A stretch of 64,000 bases of DNA from Lama guanicoe (Eukaryota). Under the pieces are notes generated by a model. That model did no database searches and was not told the origin of the DNA. It was given only the letters and a program-made list of their open reading frames with translations. Location: NCBI GenBank assembly GCA_013239625.1, contig MU053881.1, positions 2,232,001 to 2,296,000 on the forward strand. Reading direction: 5' to 3'. The position numbers and the translations under genes are program-made. Positions 50,114 to 63,850 of the stretch are shown piece by piece (within the stretch, counting starts at the first letter, position 1; each line of letters begins with the position of its first letter).

Positions 50114-50969
50114 CAGGTATACTTGGAGATACTGCAGGTTTGGTTCCAGACCACCACAATAAAGCAAATATTGCAATAAAGTGAGTCATATGAATTTTTT
50201 GGTTCCCCAGTGCTTATAGAAGTTATGTTTACACTATACTGTAGTCTATTAAGTGTGCAAATAGCATTATGTCTAAAAAAAACAATGTATATACCTTAAT
50301 TAAATACTTTATTGCTAAAAAATGCTAATCTTCATTTGAGCCTTAAGCAAGCCATAATCTTTTTGCTGGTGGAGGGTCTTGCCTCTGTGTTGATGGCTGC
50401 TGACCGATCAGGGTGATGGTTGCTGAAGGTTGAGGTAGCTGTGGCAATTTCTTAAAATATAACATTAATGAAATTTGCTGCATCAGTTGACTCTTCTTTC
50501 ACTTGAACGCTGAGAGGCCATTGTAAGGTTATTAACTGGCCTAATTTCAGTATGGTTGTATCTCAGGGACTGGGAAGGAGAGGGAGAGAGAGAGGGGAGT
50601 GGGCAGTAGGTGGAGCAGTCAGAACACACACATCATTTATTGATTAAGTTTGCTGTCTTATATGGGTGTGGTTTGTGGCGCCCCAAAACAATTACAATAT
50701 TTGGAAAAAAAAAACCCAAAACAAAACAAAACAATTACAATAGTAACATCAGAGATCACTGATCACAAACCACAATAAAAATATAATAATGAAAAGTTTG
50801 AAATATTGGAAAAATCACCAAATGTGAAACACGAGGCAAGCAAACGCTTTTGGGGAAATGGCACCAAAAGACTTGCTTGACGTAGTGTTGCCACAGACTT
50901 ACAATTTGTAAAAAATGCAGTATCTGTGTAGTGCAGTAAAGCAAAGCCCAGTAAAATGAGGTATGCCTG
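50114..50969. mobile_element. Tigger1 internal-deletion derivative with both TIRs and TA target duplication
   Basis: TA|CAGGTATACTTGGAGATACTGCAGGTTTGGTTCCAGACCACC ... GAGGTATGCCTG|TA. Confidence 0.9.
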
Positions 50970-51310
50970 TATACTGTCAAATAATTATAATTGCCTTTAC
51001 CAGTTCTTTTTTCATGTAGTCTCACATTGCCATCTGGAGTCATTTACTTTCAGCCTGAATAACTTCCTTTAATATTTCCTGTAAGGTGGGTCTGTGAGCA
51101 ACCATTCTCTGTATGTATGTATGTATATATGTATGTATTTTTAAATTGAAGTAAAATCGATTTATAATGTTGTGTTAGTTTCTGGTGTACAGCATAGTGA
51201 TTCAGTTATACATATATATGTTCCTTTTCATATTTGTTTTCATTATAGTTATTAAAAGATATTGAATATAGTTCCCTGTGCTATATAGTATGACCTTGTT
51301 GTTTATCTAT

Positions 51311-51470
51311 TTTTTTAAATTAATTTTAATTTTATTTATTTATTTTATTTTGTTGGGGGGAAGGTAATTAAGCTTATTTATTTATTTTTTAATGGAAGTA
51401 CTGGGGATTGAACCCAGGACCTCGTGCATGCTAAGTGTGTGGTCTACCACTGAACTATTACCCTCCCCCC
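51311..51470 (-). mobile_element. Vic-1-like SINE nested in an L1 3' end (~51140-51490)
   Basis: SINE motifs; flanked by TCTATTTT repeats. Confidence 0.85.
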
Positions 51471-52431
51471 TCTATTTTATATATAGTAGTTGATAGTTTT
51501 TTTCTTTTTAATCTGGGCTGTTCGTTATTTTACCTTCTTTTTGGAAAGATAGCTTTGCTGGATATAAGATTTTTGGTTAACAGTTTTTTTTCTTTGTGTG
51601 CTTTGAATATGTTATCCCGATGCCTTCTGGCCTCTGTTGTTTCTGCTGAGAAGTTATCTGTTAATCTTACTAAAGTTCCCTTGTGTGTAAAGCCCCATTT
51701 TCTCTAGCTGTTTTCAAGATTGTCTCCTTGTCTATGACTTTCAGCATTTTTGCTATGAACTGTCTGTGGATCTCTTTGTGTTTATCCTACTTAGAGTTTG
51801 TTATACTTCCTGGATGTATAGATTATTATTTTTTAAAATAAATTTGAGATATTTTCAGGCATTAATTTCTTCAAATACTTGTTCCTTTCCTTCCTCTCTC
51901 TCCTCCCTTCTGGAACTCTAATTATATGTTTGTTAGTGTGCTTAATAGTGTCCCACATTTCTCTCATGCTCTGTTTATTTTTCTTCATTCTTTTCTGTTT
52001 TCCAGTTTGCAGAATTTCTATTGATCTGTCTTCAAGTTTGCTCATTCTTTCTTCTCATGATTCATAACTACTCTTGTGTCCCTCTAGTGAATTTTTTTGT
52101 TACTGTATTTTTCAAATCCAGAATTTCCAGTTGGTTTTTATTTTATAATTTCTATCTTTTTACTGATGTTCTCTGTTTGGTGGGACATTGTCATAATACC
52201 TTCCTGATTTTACTCTTTAATCAATATTTCCTTTAATTCTGAGAGTATGTACATAATGGCTACTTTAAAGTGTTTTTTCTCTTTTTTTTGATATATATCT
52301 GACATTTGGTTTCTCTCATAGTTTCTGTTGCCAATTTTTACCAGTTGTATAAATCATACTTTCCTATTTCTTTGCATGCTTTGTAAACTTTTGTTGGCAA
52401 CTGGATATTTTAGATAATTTATTATAACAAT

Positions 52432-52928
52432 TGTTATGGTTAATTTTATGTGTCAACTTGACTGGGCTATGGAATGTCCAGATATTTAGTCAAACATTAT
52501 TCTGGGTGTTTCTGTGAGGGTGTTTTTATTTGATAGTAATATTTATATTGGTAGACTGAATAAAGCAGATTGCTGTCCCTAAGGTAGTTTGACCTCATAC
52601 AGTCAGTTGAAGACCTGAATAGAACAAAAAATCTGACCCTCCTTGAATAAGAGAGAATTCTTCCTATATGACTGCCATCAAACTGGGACATTGGCTTTTT
52701 TCCTGCCTTCACACTCAAACCAAAACATTGGCTCTTCCTGGATCTCAAGCCTGTTGGTCTTTGGTTGAGAACTATGCCATTGACTCTCCTGGTTCTCAGG
52801 TCTTTGGGCTTGAATTGGAACTAAGCCATCAACTCTCCTAGTTCTCCAGCTTGCTGAGTCACCCTTAAGATCTTAGGACTTCTCTGCCTTCATAATTGTG
52901 TGAGCCACTTCCTTAAAATAAATGTAAG

Positions 52929-52990
<62 letters not shown>

Positions 52991-53087
52991 ATCTATTATC
53001 TATCTATCTATCATCTATCTACCTACCTATCATCTATCTCTGTCTATATCCTATTGGTTGTTTCTCTGGAGAACCTTGACTAAAACA
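52432..53087 (+). mobile_element. MLT2 (ERVL) solo LTR with internal (TCTA)n
   Basis: TGTTATGGTTAATTTTATGTGTCAACTTGACTGGGC ... CTGGAGAACCTTGACTAAAACA. Confidence 0.85.
52929..53040. repeat. (TCTA)n tetranucleotide microsatellite
   Basis: Seen directly; long perfect run followed by degenerate units. Confidence 0.95.
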
Positions 53088-55489
53088 ACAGCTCTGAGTA
53101 CTGGTCCTCCCAACCCGCCAGGACCTACTGTTATTTGCTTGTTTATTTGTCTAGTGATTGACTGGATTATTTTAGTGAAAGTCTACTTCCCACTCCCACC
53201 CACTTTAGTGTTAAGCCTCTGCTGTTCCTCCTTAGGGAGTTGTAGCTTTGTGTGTGTCCACCTTCACCCTGGGATGATAGTGATTTTGGTAGGATTTGCT
53301 CCCCCCCACCACTGCCTGCTCTGTCGTTAAGCTTCTCTGATTGCTCTGTTGTTCTCAACAATGCCTTGGGGCATACGTTGCTATGCAGACTAATCCAATT
53401 AAATTCTGGCTCCTTTGAAAGAATAATTTCTGAGGTCCATGTGTGATATTCTGCTTTTCCCCCCTGTGTTGTTCTCTGGCTTTCCCCCTACACTAGCTGG
53501 CCTATAACTTATCCTACATCTAGATTCTTTTCCCAGTTGACTTTAACCAACAAACACTGTTCTTGTGAGCACCCTTAGGCTTGAACTTCAGTTACTTTGA
53601 GAAGAGATCTCTCCTTTTCCCTCCTATCTCCCCACCTGCTTTGCTCCCCAGGCAAAATCTCTAAGCCAGGGGTCTGGAGCTGAAGGTAGAAACAATGGCA
53701 AGCTTCCCTCTGAAGGACACCCTGGCCCGAGGGTCTAGGACTTGATGTTGGGTGAGAACAGCAGCCCGAGGGCCTTTTGGCTTGTCTATCCTGCCCTGTA
53801 ATTACGTGCCTGATCACCGTGGTACAGGTATCAGGGTCTTTGTATTTGCAGTGTGATGTACCCAAGTCAGAGCCTCCGTTCCAAGAGCAGGGGCTGGGTG
53901 GGAGAAGTTGGCTGCTCCAGCTTCTCAGCTTTATTTGCCTGGAACTTAGCCTCAGCAAAAAGGGCAGAAAGAGAAAACACGGATGTCTTACTCCTCGCGG
54001 GAGGAAAGCTCTTCGAATGGGAGTTGTGTTCTTGGCTGTAGCAGATTGCAGGGGGGTCTACCTCACTGAGTTGGGAGGGTGAAGAGAGAGAGCAGTTGCT
54101 GTTCAAATACCATAGACTCTCACTTTTCTTACCTAATTTTTGTAGGTTTTTTTTTTTTTGAGTAGATATTTTTCCCTTTATTCTTTGCCCTTAGGACTCT
54201 TTCCTGAGGCTTTAAATGGTTGCTTTTTAAATAATTTTCACCAGTTTTGGTGGGTGTGCAGGTCAGTGGAGCTCTTTACACTGTCATATTATAAGTTGAA
54301 TTGAAGCTGTTAATTCCATCTCAATGAAACTGTTTTAAAAAAGAAAGAGAGAACCTAACACATTGTTCTGTCAGGATTGAGGGGTTGTAGGCACTGGCTT
54401 CTGGCCGTGATCACTCCTCCCGCTTCTCTTGTACATGGATTTCATTATATAATAAAAGTCATATTTAAAAAACAGATTCCAGCTTCAAATCATCTACTAA
54501 TTATAAACTCTGTTTCTGTGATACCTACATACAAATTTCCCATTAGTTGTCAGCACTGTGTATTGGTTTCTTCAGATTCTACTGCTTTTAGCCTAACTTC
54601 CTTACTTGTTAGGGTTTTGGCCACATTTCTATGAGCTCCTGTTGTTGCTGTTCCCGGTGGTAATGTCATAATCTGTTATTGTGTTGCTCTACCATGGCCA
54701 ATTTCTAGTTAGCCTTTCTCTCATGGGTGAGCATTTGTATAGTTTCTAGTTTTTAGCTATAATACACTGATTGGCTATAATCATCTTTGTTCAAATCTCT
54801 TCTTCTCTCTTTTGAATTGTCTCCTTGAGATATATTTCCCAATGAGGTATTATTCAGGTTGAGAATATGATCATTTTTATGATTCTTGACAGCAATTGCC
54901 AAATTTCTCTCTGAAAAGATTACACTTGTTTATGGTGCATTCCCAGTGCAGAAATATACTTATTTTCTCACAATCCTGTTAGCATTGAGTTTTGTCTGTT
55001 TTATTTGTTTTTGCTAATTTAGCAAATGTGCTGTGGGACTTTTATTTTGTATTTCTTTAATTATTAGTAATGCTGTACATTTTTCCTAGTGCTTGTTTAT
55101 TGTTAACACTTTCTTATGGTTAACTCTGTGTGTCTGATGGTCCCAACATTGTTTATAACTGTGATTTTGGCCAGTTACTAGTCACCTTTCCTCCTCGTGA
55201 TTCAGTTTCTCAGATAGTAAATTGGAAAAGTTTTCAGATCAGCATTTACTTTGCTTAGTAGTAGAACTATTTTTCAAACATGAGCTCTATAGATTTGTAA
55301 TGTTTGAAAGGGCTAGAAGTGGCAATGTATTAGTATACACTTATTTTATAAGTTCAAGATGAGATCAATTATGTATGAAATCATTTAGAACAATGAAGTA
55401 GACTAGATCAAGAAAGAATTTTGAAGTTCCGTATTACAGGTGGCAAATGAAGTATTCTTATCAGAATAATTATGCAGTTTACTCTTATT

Positions 55490-56790
55490 CTTTAAACTAT
55501 TTTTTTTGGCATAATTTCAGACTCATAGAAAAGTTGACCGAATGGTACAAAGAACTCCAGTATATTCTTCATCCGGATTTCCCCAATATTAGCAGTTTAC
55601 TGCTTTAGTTCTGTCCTTCTCTCTACATTTGCTTTGTAAATATTATTTTTTTTGAACTATTTGAGATCAAATTGCAGACATGATGCCATTTTACTCTAAA
55701 TACTTCAATGTAAAAACAAGGACTTTTTCATACTAAATCACAGTGCAGTTATCAAGATTTAAACAATTACTTTGATATAATGGTATTATCTAATCTTATT
55801 AGACCTTACTAACCTTATTAGACCTTATTAAGATGTCACTAAAAAAAAAGGTGTCACTAATAGTCCCAATAATTTCTTTTATAGCAAAAGAAAATTCCAG
55901 ATCATAAGTTCCATTCAGTTATCATGTCTCTTTGATTGCCTTTAGTCTGGAAGAATTCCTCAGCTTTTGTCTTTCATGCCATTGATATATTGAAAGAGTA
56001 CAGACCAGTTATTTTGTAGAATGTCCCTCAGTTTGGGTTTATCTCTGTTTATCCATGACTAGCTTCAAGTTTATGCATTTCTGGCAGTAAGTGATACCAG
56101 TGGCATCATATCAAGTTGTACAGGATGTTGATGTGTGTTACTACGAGTGATAATATCTCTGATCACTTAGTTAAGGTGGTACCCACTAGTTTTCTCCACT
56201 GTGAAGCTACTGTTTTTCCCTTTGCAATTAAAAAATAACTTGTGAGGAAATTCTTTGAGATTATATAGATATCCTGCTAAGTCATCAACCTTACATTCCC
56301 TAGTTTTAGCATTTATTGATGACACTTGCCTTAATTATTACTCTGGTGGTTGCCAATTGGTGGTTTTTTAAAATTTCATCATTCCTTCTACGTTTTTATT
56401 AGTTAACATTCTACCTAATGGAAGAGCTGTTCCTTCTTATTTATTTATTTATATCAATGTAGACTCAATAATTATTATTTTATTTAATGTGTTATAATCC
56501 ACGCCTGTCATTTTTTATTTTGATGTTTATCTTGTCCCAAATTTGACCCTTCAAGTTGGCTCCTCTGTATGTTTGACATGTCCTCATCCTTCTTTGAACA
56601 TTTCTTTACTTTCCTGCACAATCAGATGCCCCAGGCTCATCTTGTACTTTCCCAGGAGTCAGCCGATTCTCTGAGGACCCCTAGTTCTATGTAGTAGGAA
56701 ATACTTTTTAAAAACCAAGATCTGGGGCTAAGTGCTCTCATTGCTGTTGAGGTGTCATTGCGTCTTGGCTCTCTCAGTGCACAGACTGAG
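55490..56790 (-). mobile_element. L1MC-like 3' UTR fragment
   Basis: ATAATTTCAGACTCATAGAAAAGTTG ... ACAGACCAGTTATTTTGTAGAATGTCCC; similar to 43570-44520. Confidence 0.7.
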
Positions 56791-57162
56791 GATGCATACA
56801 TTTGTGTGCGTGTGTATATGTATGTATGCATGCATTCAGTTTTATCCCTTCTTGAAGTGTGCATTGTGTCCCTGCTCCTTCAGTGTGGTTATGTTATTCA
56901 TTTGGGGTACAGTTTGGTTTACTTGTTTTAGATTATATTTCCTTTAGTTTTCTCCTCATCCTTGTTGATTTTATTTTTTAGTGTGTGAAATATTAACATG
57001 GTTCCAAAACTAGAACTGTACAAGAAGGTATTAACATAGACTATCTTCCCCCAACATTTCTATCCCATTCCAACGGTTACTTCCCCCATCATTCTTTCCC
57101 CTTTGAGTCTACCCATTCCTAGTAGATGACTGGTTTCTAGTTTGTAAGTTATCCTTTGTTGC

Positions 57163-57183
57163 GTGTGTGTGTGTGTGTGTGTG
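57163..57183. repeat. (TG)n microsatellite
   Basis: Seen directly. Confidence 0.9.
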
Positions 57184-59032
57184 GTTTTTGTTTGTTTTGC
57201 TACTGCATATTACTCCCTTAATTGGATGTTTCATTATCCTATGAATGGAGAGTTCTTTCCAGTATTTTTTAATACTGAATAATTTAATGAATAAACATAT
57301 GTATATGTATTTTATATTATTGAAGGCATATGTCTCTTTTATTTTGGCTTACAATATCTAAAAAAATTCAGATTCACATAGGTGAGTATTAGTTAATTAT
57401 AACAGCTTTAAAATAGCTTGCTTGCAATCTCAAGCTGTTCTTCAGTTAAACTGAGATGGAAGATTTAAAAAAGCGAAGGAAATTTTTGTTTCAAAATGGA
57501 ATCAAGAACACTATCTAATGGCATGTATTCTTTATAAATATAAATTTAAAAGCACCCAAAATGTACACTAAATGCTAAGACCAAAAAAAGAAAAAAAAAA
57601 TAGAAAAGAAAAGAAAAAGAAAAAGAAACGATTATAACGTGGCTAACCAAGTGCTGTGCACATGTACCTGAAACTCTCCTAGCATTTTCTTGGATCCTAT
57701 GCACGTGTACTTCGGTAGTGTTCTCTTTTGTTACAGTTTTACATGAATAGATAATTATATAGCCTTATATATATTTTTAAAAATAAAGAACTACCAGTTC
57801 CCTTATTATTATTATGGTTTGAGGAGGTTAATAAATAATATTCCTGTCCCCTGCCCAAGACTGGAACCAATTGAAAGATTAGTGTGTTAACCAAGTAACC
57901 TTGCTTATACATCAATTCTGAATTGGATGGACTTGCTCTGTTATAGGTACACCTAAACAGTTTTGCTTTCCTTGATGGATATAGGAGAGGTGAGGGATGA
58001 TGTGATGTGTCAAAAAAGTTAGAGCAGAGGATGTGAGCTTCATACAGGCGGGCAGATTTGAGAGAGAGTGAGGAAAGGGCTGGGCAAAGCATGTGCAGTT
58101 CTTTCTCTGAAACCTACCAGTCATATAAGTCAGTCCTACTCCGGGAGGAATGAGTGAGGACGTGGAGAGGGGCCAGGCTTATTACACTAACTGTAGTGCT
58201 CCCACGTGGAACATGAAGAGTTATAAGTAAATAATTTTCCCAGTATTAACAAATAACGCACTTTAAAAATGACAGGAAGTTCTGTGCAGGAATGGCAAGA
58301 GAAGCTTTAGAAAAAAAGAGATGAGCACAGAAATGTGGTCTCCAGTGATTAACTTGTTTGCTTTATAATACGTAGTTTATTCATTTTTAATTACACAGTA
58401 ATTCTAACAATAAAATGAGGACATCACAGATATAGTAAGATCCCTTTTTCCCAATTTTGGACCTCTAGCTCCCTTTCCAGAAGTATTCTCTATTTTCTGC
58501 TTATTATGTATCCACGTATCCTCCCAGGCCTATGAAAATACTTTTACACATATCTATTACCTTAAAAAACCTATAATATTATTTGTGTAAGAGTGTGTGT
58601 TCATATAAATGGAATCATTCTGAGCATATCATTCATTCTTCTCAACTATGTGCTAGGACTGTTCTAAGTACTGGTGATACAATAATGCACAAAATAAATT
58701 CCCTGTTCTCATGGAGCTTGCATCATCCTGTAACTTGCCTTTTAAAGTTAATATCATCTTTTGAGATATATCCATGATGACATATGAGATCTAGTTCATT
58801 TCTTTAAATTGTTCTGTGTTATTCTATTATGTGAATATACTGTACTATATATCATTCAGACTTCTATCAGCCAGGATGTTGTCTGCTGCAAGTAACAGAA
58901 AACATGACTCATAGTGACATAAATATTAATGAAATTTATTACCTGATATCTCAAAGCCCAGAAGTGGAATGTCTCCACGTATATATGCCCAGGGCCCTCA
59001 CTCTACTATTTTGTTTTTCCCTCTTCTAAGAT

Positions 59033-59482
59033 GTGTATTTGTTATCTGTTGTTATGTAACAAATTACCCCAAAACTTAGTGGCTTAAAACATAAACATAG
59101 TTTCTGTGGGTTGAGTATTAAAGTATGGTTTAGCCCAGTGGTGCCTTTGACTTAACCTCTCTTATGAGGTTGTGGTCGAACTGTCAGCTTGAGGGTCGGG
59201 TAGGAATCCTCTCTCACAAGTGGGTCTCTCCACATGATTGCCTCATGACATGGCATTTGGATTCCCCTAAAGTGAGCAAATCAAGAGGGTGAGAATGCCC
59301 AGGAAGGAAGCCACAGTCTTTTGATAACTTGGTCTTGGAAATGACATCCTATCTGCCATATTATATATTTTTGAAGGTGAGTCATTAAGTGTAGTCCACA
59401 CTCAAGGTGAAGGAGATTACACAAGAATGTGAATGCCAGGAGGCAGGATGACTGGGGGCCATCTTACAGGCTGCCTACCATA
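59033..59482 (-). mobile_element. MLT1-type LTR
   Basis: TGTATTTGTTATCTGTTG ... ACAAATTACCCCAAAACTTAGTGGCTTAAAAC ... CATCTTACAGGCTGCCTACCA. Confidence 0.75.
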
Positions 59483-60744
59483 GGCTGACTCTCCTCAGGG
59501 TTTCAAGATTGCTGCTAACAACAATTGCATCAACATTCTTCTCTGAAGTAAGATGCTTCAAAAGGACATTTCTGGCCGTACATTGAAACATTTTCTTATC
59601 TCCCCCTATCCAATTCAATTCAATCAACATGGATGTTTATTTTTAGCCAGGCTCTTTACTACTTGCTAGGGTTATATGGACCATGTCTTCAGAAAGTCCA
59701 CAGGTCTTATAGAAGCTATGGGTGCATATATCAGATAATTACAGTATTCCCTGGGTGATCGAATACCCCAGCGGCTGAGAAAGCAAGGAGGAGAAATGAA
59801 GTGGGGTTAGAGGAGGCAGAGGAAGAAATGGTTGAGCTGGTGTTTGGAGGATCAGTTGGAGGTAGGTGACTTGAGGGGATAAGAAAAGGGCATTCCAGAA
59901 TTAAATGTTACCAAAAAAAGTACTAAGAATAATGCACCTATAGTTACACTATCCAGCTGTTAAAAGTATGTTTAGGCTTCTTTTTTAAAGAAACATTACA
60001 GGTCTGTCAGAAGTCTTATTATTTCTCCTTCCCATTCATCCTGGCTTCCACCCCTCTCCCATCTCCTGCCCTCATATTATCACAGTGAGTATTCATATAT
60101 TCATCTAGTTCATTATCTATACTTCACACACATATATTTTCTATAATCAGTATATGCTGTCATTTTATGTATTTTTAAATTTACAGAAATCATTTCACGT
60201 GTACATCTTTGTTGGCATGTTGCTATTTCAGCAACTCCTATGAGCTGTCAAATGTTGATAAGTATGACTCATTTATTAGTTTTATTTGTTGTAATATTTT
60301 ATTGTAGGAACGTATCACGTTTTGTTCCTCCATGTCTTACTGTACGTTTCCGCTGTTTACATTTTTTCGCAAGGAATCGGGCTTGAATATGAACATTTCT
60401 TCTGCACACCTGTAGACATGAAATCGCTGGGCCAAGAAATGCACATTTTTAATTTCACCAATAATGTCTGTTCTAATTTTACACTTCCACCTGGCAGCTC
60501 TAGGAGTTTCCATTTCCCAGATTCCCTTCTTCCCTCGAAATGATCAGACTTTAACAACTACCTTGGGAGATAATTTTCAAGTGGTCATATAAACAGATAA
60601 TTTCAGTATAGCTTTAGATACATGCAAAGAAAGGGCCAGAGGAGGCTTAGTGTGGCTGAGAAGGCTTTGAAGGTTTCATTGTAGGGTTTTGGGACCCTGT
60701 TGCTACTCTTTGGTTTCCCTCAAAGTGTTAGTAAATGATAAAGC

Positions 60745-61610
60745 AAACGGACGCACTGCTAGAGCGCGGGGAGGCGCCCTGCCTGTTTGGAGACCCCGCC
60801 TGGGCTGACGCGCCCCCGCCTCGCACAGTTGGTACGTCCTGGCAGCGGCCTCCCCCGCGCGCGTTGTGGTTGCGTCCCCGGACGCCCGCGCATGCGCCTC
60901 CCCCTCCCGCCAGAGCGCGTCTACTCGCTGTGGTGCCTCAGCTTCGCGCTCCCGCCGACCTCCGGTTCCTGACGTGCGGAGGACGCTCGCGAGCCGCAGC
61001 ACCCGGGAGGAGGGGCTCAGCGGAGAGGCGCGGGCCGGGCGGTGAGTACCTGCCGCCTCCGCGCACCTCCAGGCCGCCTTCTTCCCGCCTCCTTCTCTCC
61101 GTTGCGGGGGCCGCGGCCCACTCCTCAGCCGGAGGGGGCGCCTCGAGCGCGGGGGCGCCTCTCGACGCTGAGGCAGGTCTCTCCGACGCCGAGGTGGGCG
61201 CCTCCCGACGCCGGGCGGCCCCTCAGGACTCTGGGTGGGCCCTTCGGGACTCCCGGGATGGCCCCTCAAGATGCTGGATGAGCGCCTCCCGACGCCGGGG
61301 CGGCCCCTAGGGACTCCGGTTGGGCGTCCGCGCTCGGGTGCCGGGCCGGGCCCCCTCACGCGGGGGGTGCGGCCTTCACCCTCCCCTGGGGCGCCCTCGG
61401 CACGTGTGGCTCGCCCGCCGAAGGGCTCTTGTCCCCGCCCGCCCCTCTAAGGCGTCTTCCTCACACAGCACCCCAGGAGGGGCTCGGCCCCTGCCGCCTT
61501 CTCCAGCGGGGCCCCACAGCCGGGACCTCTCCCGGAGTCGAGGCGACTGGGCCCCGCCGCCCATTTCTCCTCTCGCCCCCTCCCTTCTCCAGGCTACCGT
61601 TGGTGAGTGA
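60745..61610. promoter_or_regulatory. UIMC1: CpG-island promoter, probably UIMC1
   Basis: Very CpG-rich; NRF1 palindrome GCGCATGCGC 60888-60897; CRE half-site TGACGT 60970-60975. Identity inferred from mammalian gene order (UIMC1 diverges from ZNF346). Confidence 0.7.
60930..61041 (+). other. UIMC1: Probable non-coding first exon of UIMC1 (RAP80); start approximate
   Basis: Donor GCG|GTGAGT at 61041/61042 just downstream of the promoter motifs; no UIMC1 coding sequence in the window, so the name rests on synteny only. Confidence 0.55.
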
Positions 61611-63594
61611 GGTAGTTTTTTGCCCAGAAATAAAGATTTTCCCTGGAAGTAGTTATCATCATTTACCACTTTCCAACGCAGCTGGTCTGTTTCCGCCCTG
61701 CCCGTGACAGTGTTTCAGGCCTTATACGTATGCGCATTTATTGGATTTTCATTTATGAGATGGGTACTCTTACCTCCTCAATTTACAGGTTAGATAACTG
61801 AGGGTCGAAGACACATCTCCTAAGTGGTTGAGCTGCTTTTGAATCCAGCCAGTCTGACTCCAATGTTCTTGTATTTAGTCACTGTCATATTGAGTATAAA
61901 TAACACCCAGGAAAAAGCGAAAGTTTATACTTGTCTCTTTACCTTTTCCTGACAGAGGCAGTACCTTTAGTTGAATCAGAAAATGTGTCTTTTTGGAATC
62001 AGACATAGCCATTCTCAACATAGCCATTTACCAACTTAGCAAATTACCAAATATTTGATTTTAAATGTTTCCTAACGTGTAAAATCGTGATAAAAATAAT
62101 GTAAATGTATGGTAGTGATGCCTACCATACAGAGCTGTTGTGAGTAATAATCTCTATAATGCATATGAGGTACCTAAAATAGTGTCCAAGGACTCCGTAA
62201 ATAACTATAATAATTACTCAGAGTATGTTTGAATTCTGTTTGTACACACTTGTCCTAACCTGAGGCTGCGTATAACTGGGAAATAGAGCATCAGGTGTGT
62301 ATGTCTATAGGTGTGTTTACCTTTTTTAAATTGGAGAAACAGTCCAGCTCATGTGATCAGTTGATAAAGAGCTTGGTACCAGATTTCTTGAATTGTGGCT
62401 ATTTAGGGGTAAGAGTCAATCATTCAAGAGGACTGTTGTTAAGGATCCTATGCCCCCAAGCTTTCAAAGCAGTTTTGACAGATTTGGTTAGTAGAACGTC
62501 AAGATTTTAAATTATCTTGTCAGTGATTGTTCTTCAGATAGATCAAGATGATAGATGTGCTGAACAAAAAAAGACAGACAATACCTCCCAAATTGGAGAT
62601 TTTCAAGGACACTATCAAAAACACTACCCATGAGGTAACAAGTCTCATTATTGGGTCACCTTTCCTGCTTGTACATTCTTTTAGAGACATTCTGTTTCTG
62701 ACATGATTAAGAAGAGACTATTGGCATCTAGACGCTACCCTTTTTTTCTCACACTTAGTGGTAATGCATTCTGTAGCCTCTGTTTAAGTAACTGAAAATA
62801 AGCCATTATTTTATTACTGATCTTTTTTTTTTTTAATTTGGAAGTGTAGCAAACTAAGTAGTAGTTGAACTATATGTTAGATTGCTTATTTAAATTGGCT
62901 GAGCAGTGACCTTTGTTTACTCTTAGAATTTCTGTGGAAATAGTGTGGCTAAATGTCATGACACACTGGAATTTTGGAATCTGTATCTGTGGGGTTCCTG
63001 TACTTAATGCTTCTTCTTGATCTTGATTCTGCTATGATTCTTTGAAAACCCACTTCAATCCTGTAGGTGATTCTGTGCTAGGGAGAAGAGTTTTTATTTA
63101 TTTGCATATCTTTAAAAATTACATGTATTTGGTGGTATAGCTACCCTTGCTGTCAGATTTGAACATACTGGTTTAAATAACTAAATGTACAGGAAGCATT
63201 TAATGAGATGAAAACTTCCATACAAGATGTTTTCCTAGGGCACTATGAACCCTCCAGTCTTATCCCATGCTTAACCCTTTCCATGTTCTATTCATGCTAT
63301 TCAAGGATGAATACATCCAAAGATCACCTTAAGTCATATTATTCTTCATATAGCTTTCTTCAACCTATAATAATTTTATCCTTCTGTGCCTTTATATAGT
63401 GTTTAATAATTTAAATATATACTTTATGCTATTCATTAATTCATCTAGTATTTATGTGTGCTTACCATACATCAAGCAACAGTTCTAGTTGGAAGAAGTG
63501 TAAGTATATTGAGTCATGGAGTATTGGTTTTGGAATCGAGAAGCAGAAGTGCAAGTGCCTCCTTTGTGACTTTGGGGAAGTTGTTTTTCTGAAC

Positions 63595-63850
63595 CTATGT
63601 TTACATACAAGATCATGTCATCTGCAAATGGCAATAGTTTTATGTCTTCTTTTCCTACTTGGATGTCTTTTATTTCTTCTTCCTCTTTCGTAATTGACCT
63701 GTCTAGAACCTCCAGTGTAATGTTCAGTAGAAATGATGAAAGCAGACATTCTCGTATTGTTCCTGTCTTAAGAAGAAAGCATTCAATCTTTCACCTTTAA
63801 GTATGATGTTAGCATTGGGTTTTTTAAAGATGTCCTTTATCAGGTTGAAG
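63595..63850 (-). mobile_element. L1 ORF2 fragment
   Basis: ATCATGTCATCTGCAAAT ... CTAGAACCTCCAGT ... TTAAGTATGATGTTAGC is typical antisense L1 ORF2. Confidence 0.8.

Larger units (their letters stand above)
48060..54300 (-). mobile_element. Large fragmented L1M element(s) (ORF2, ORF1, 5' region) hosting several nested insertions
   Basis: ORF 51833-52045 (KLEDRSIEILQ...REMWDTIKHTNKHIIRVPEG...MPENISNL) is an L1 ORF1p remnant; ORF2-like DNA at 48380-48850. Confidence 0.75.

Noticed and set aside
43570..56790. Similarity between 43570-44520 and 55490-56790, suggesting a local duplication
   Set aside because: Both look like independent, diverged copies of the same L1MC-type 3' UTR.
57330..58240. 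Unique, 3'UTR-like stretch with minus-strand AATAAA near 57338, considered as a second retrocopy
   Set aside because: No TSD or poly(A) tract found and no parent recognised; would need BLAST to revisit.
60703..61707. Long overlapping ORFs (218, 191, 97 aa) in the 61-kb CpG island
   Set aside because: GC-rich DNA is poor in stop codons on all frames; the products are low-complexity R/P/G/A with no recognisable domain.
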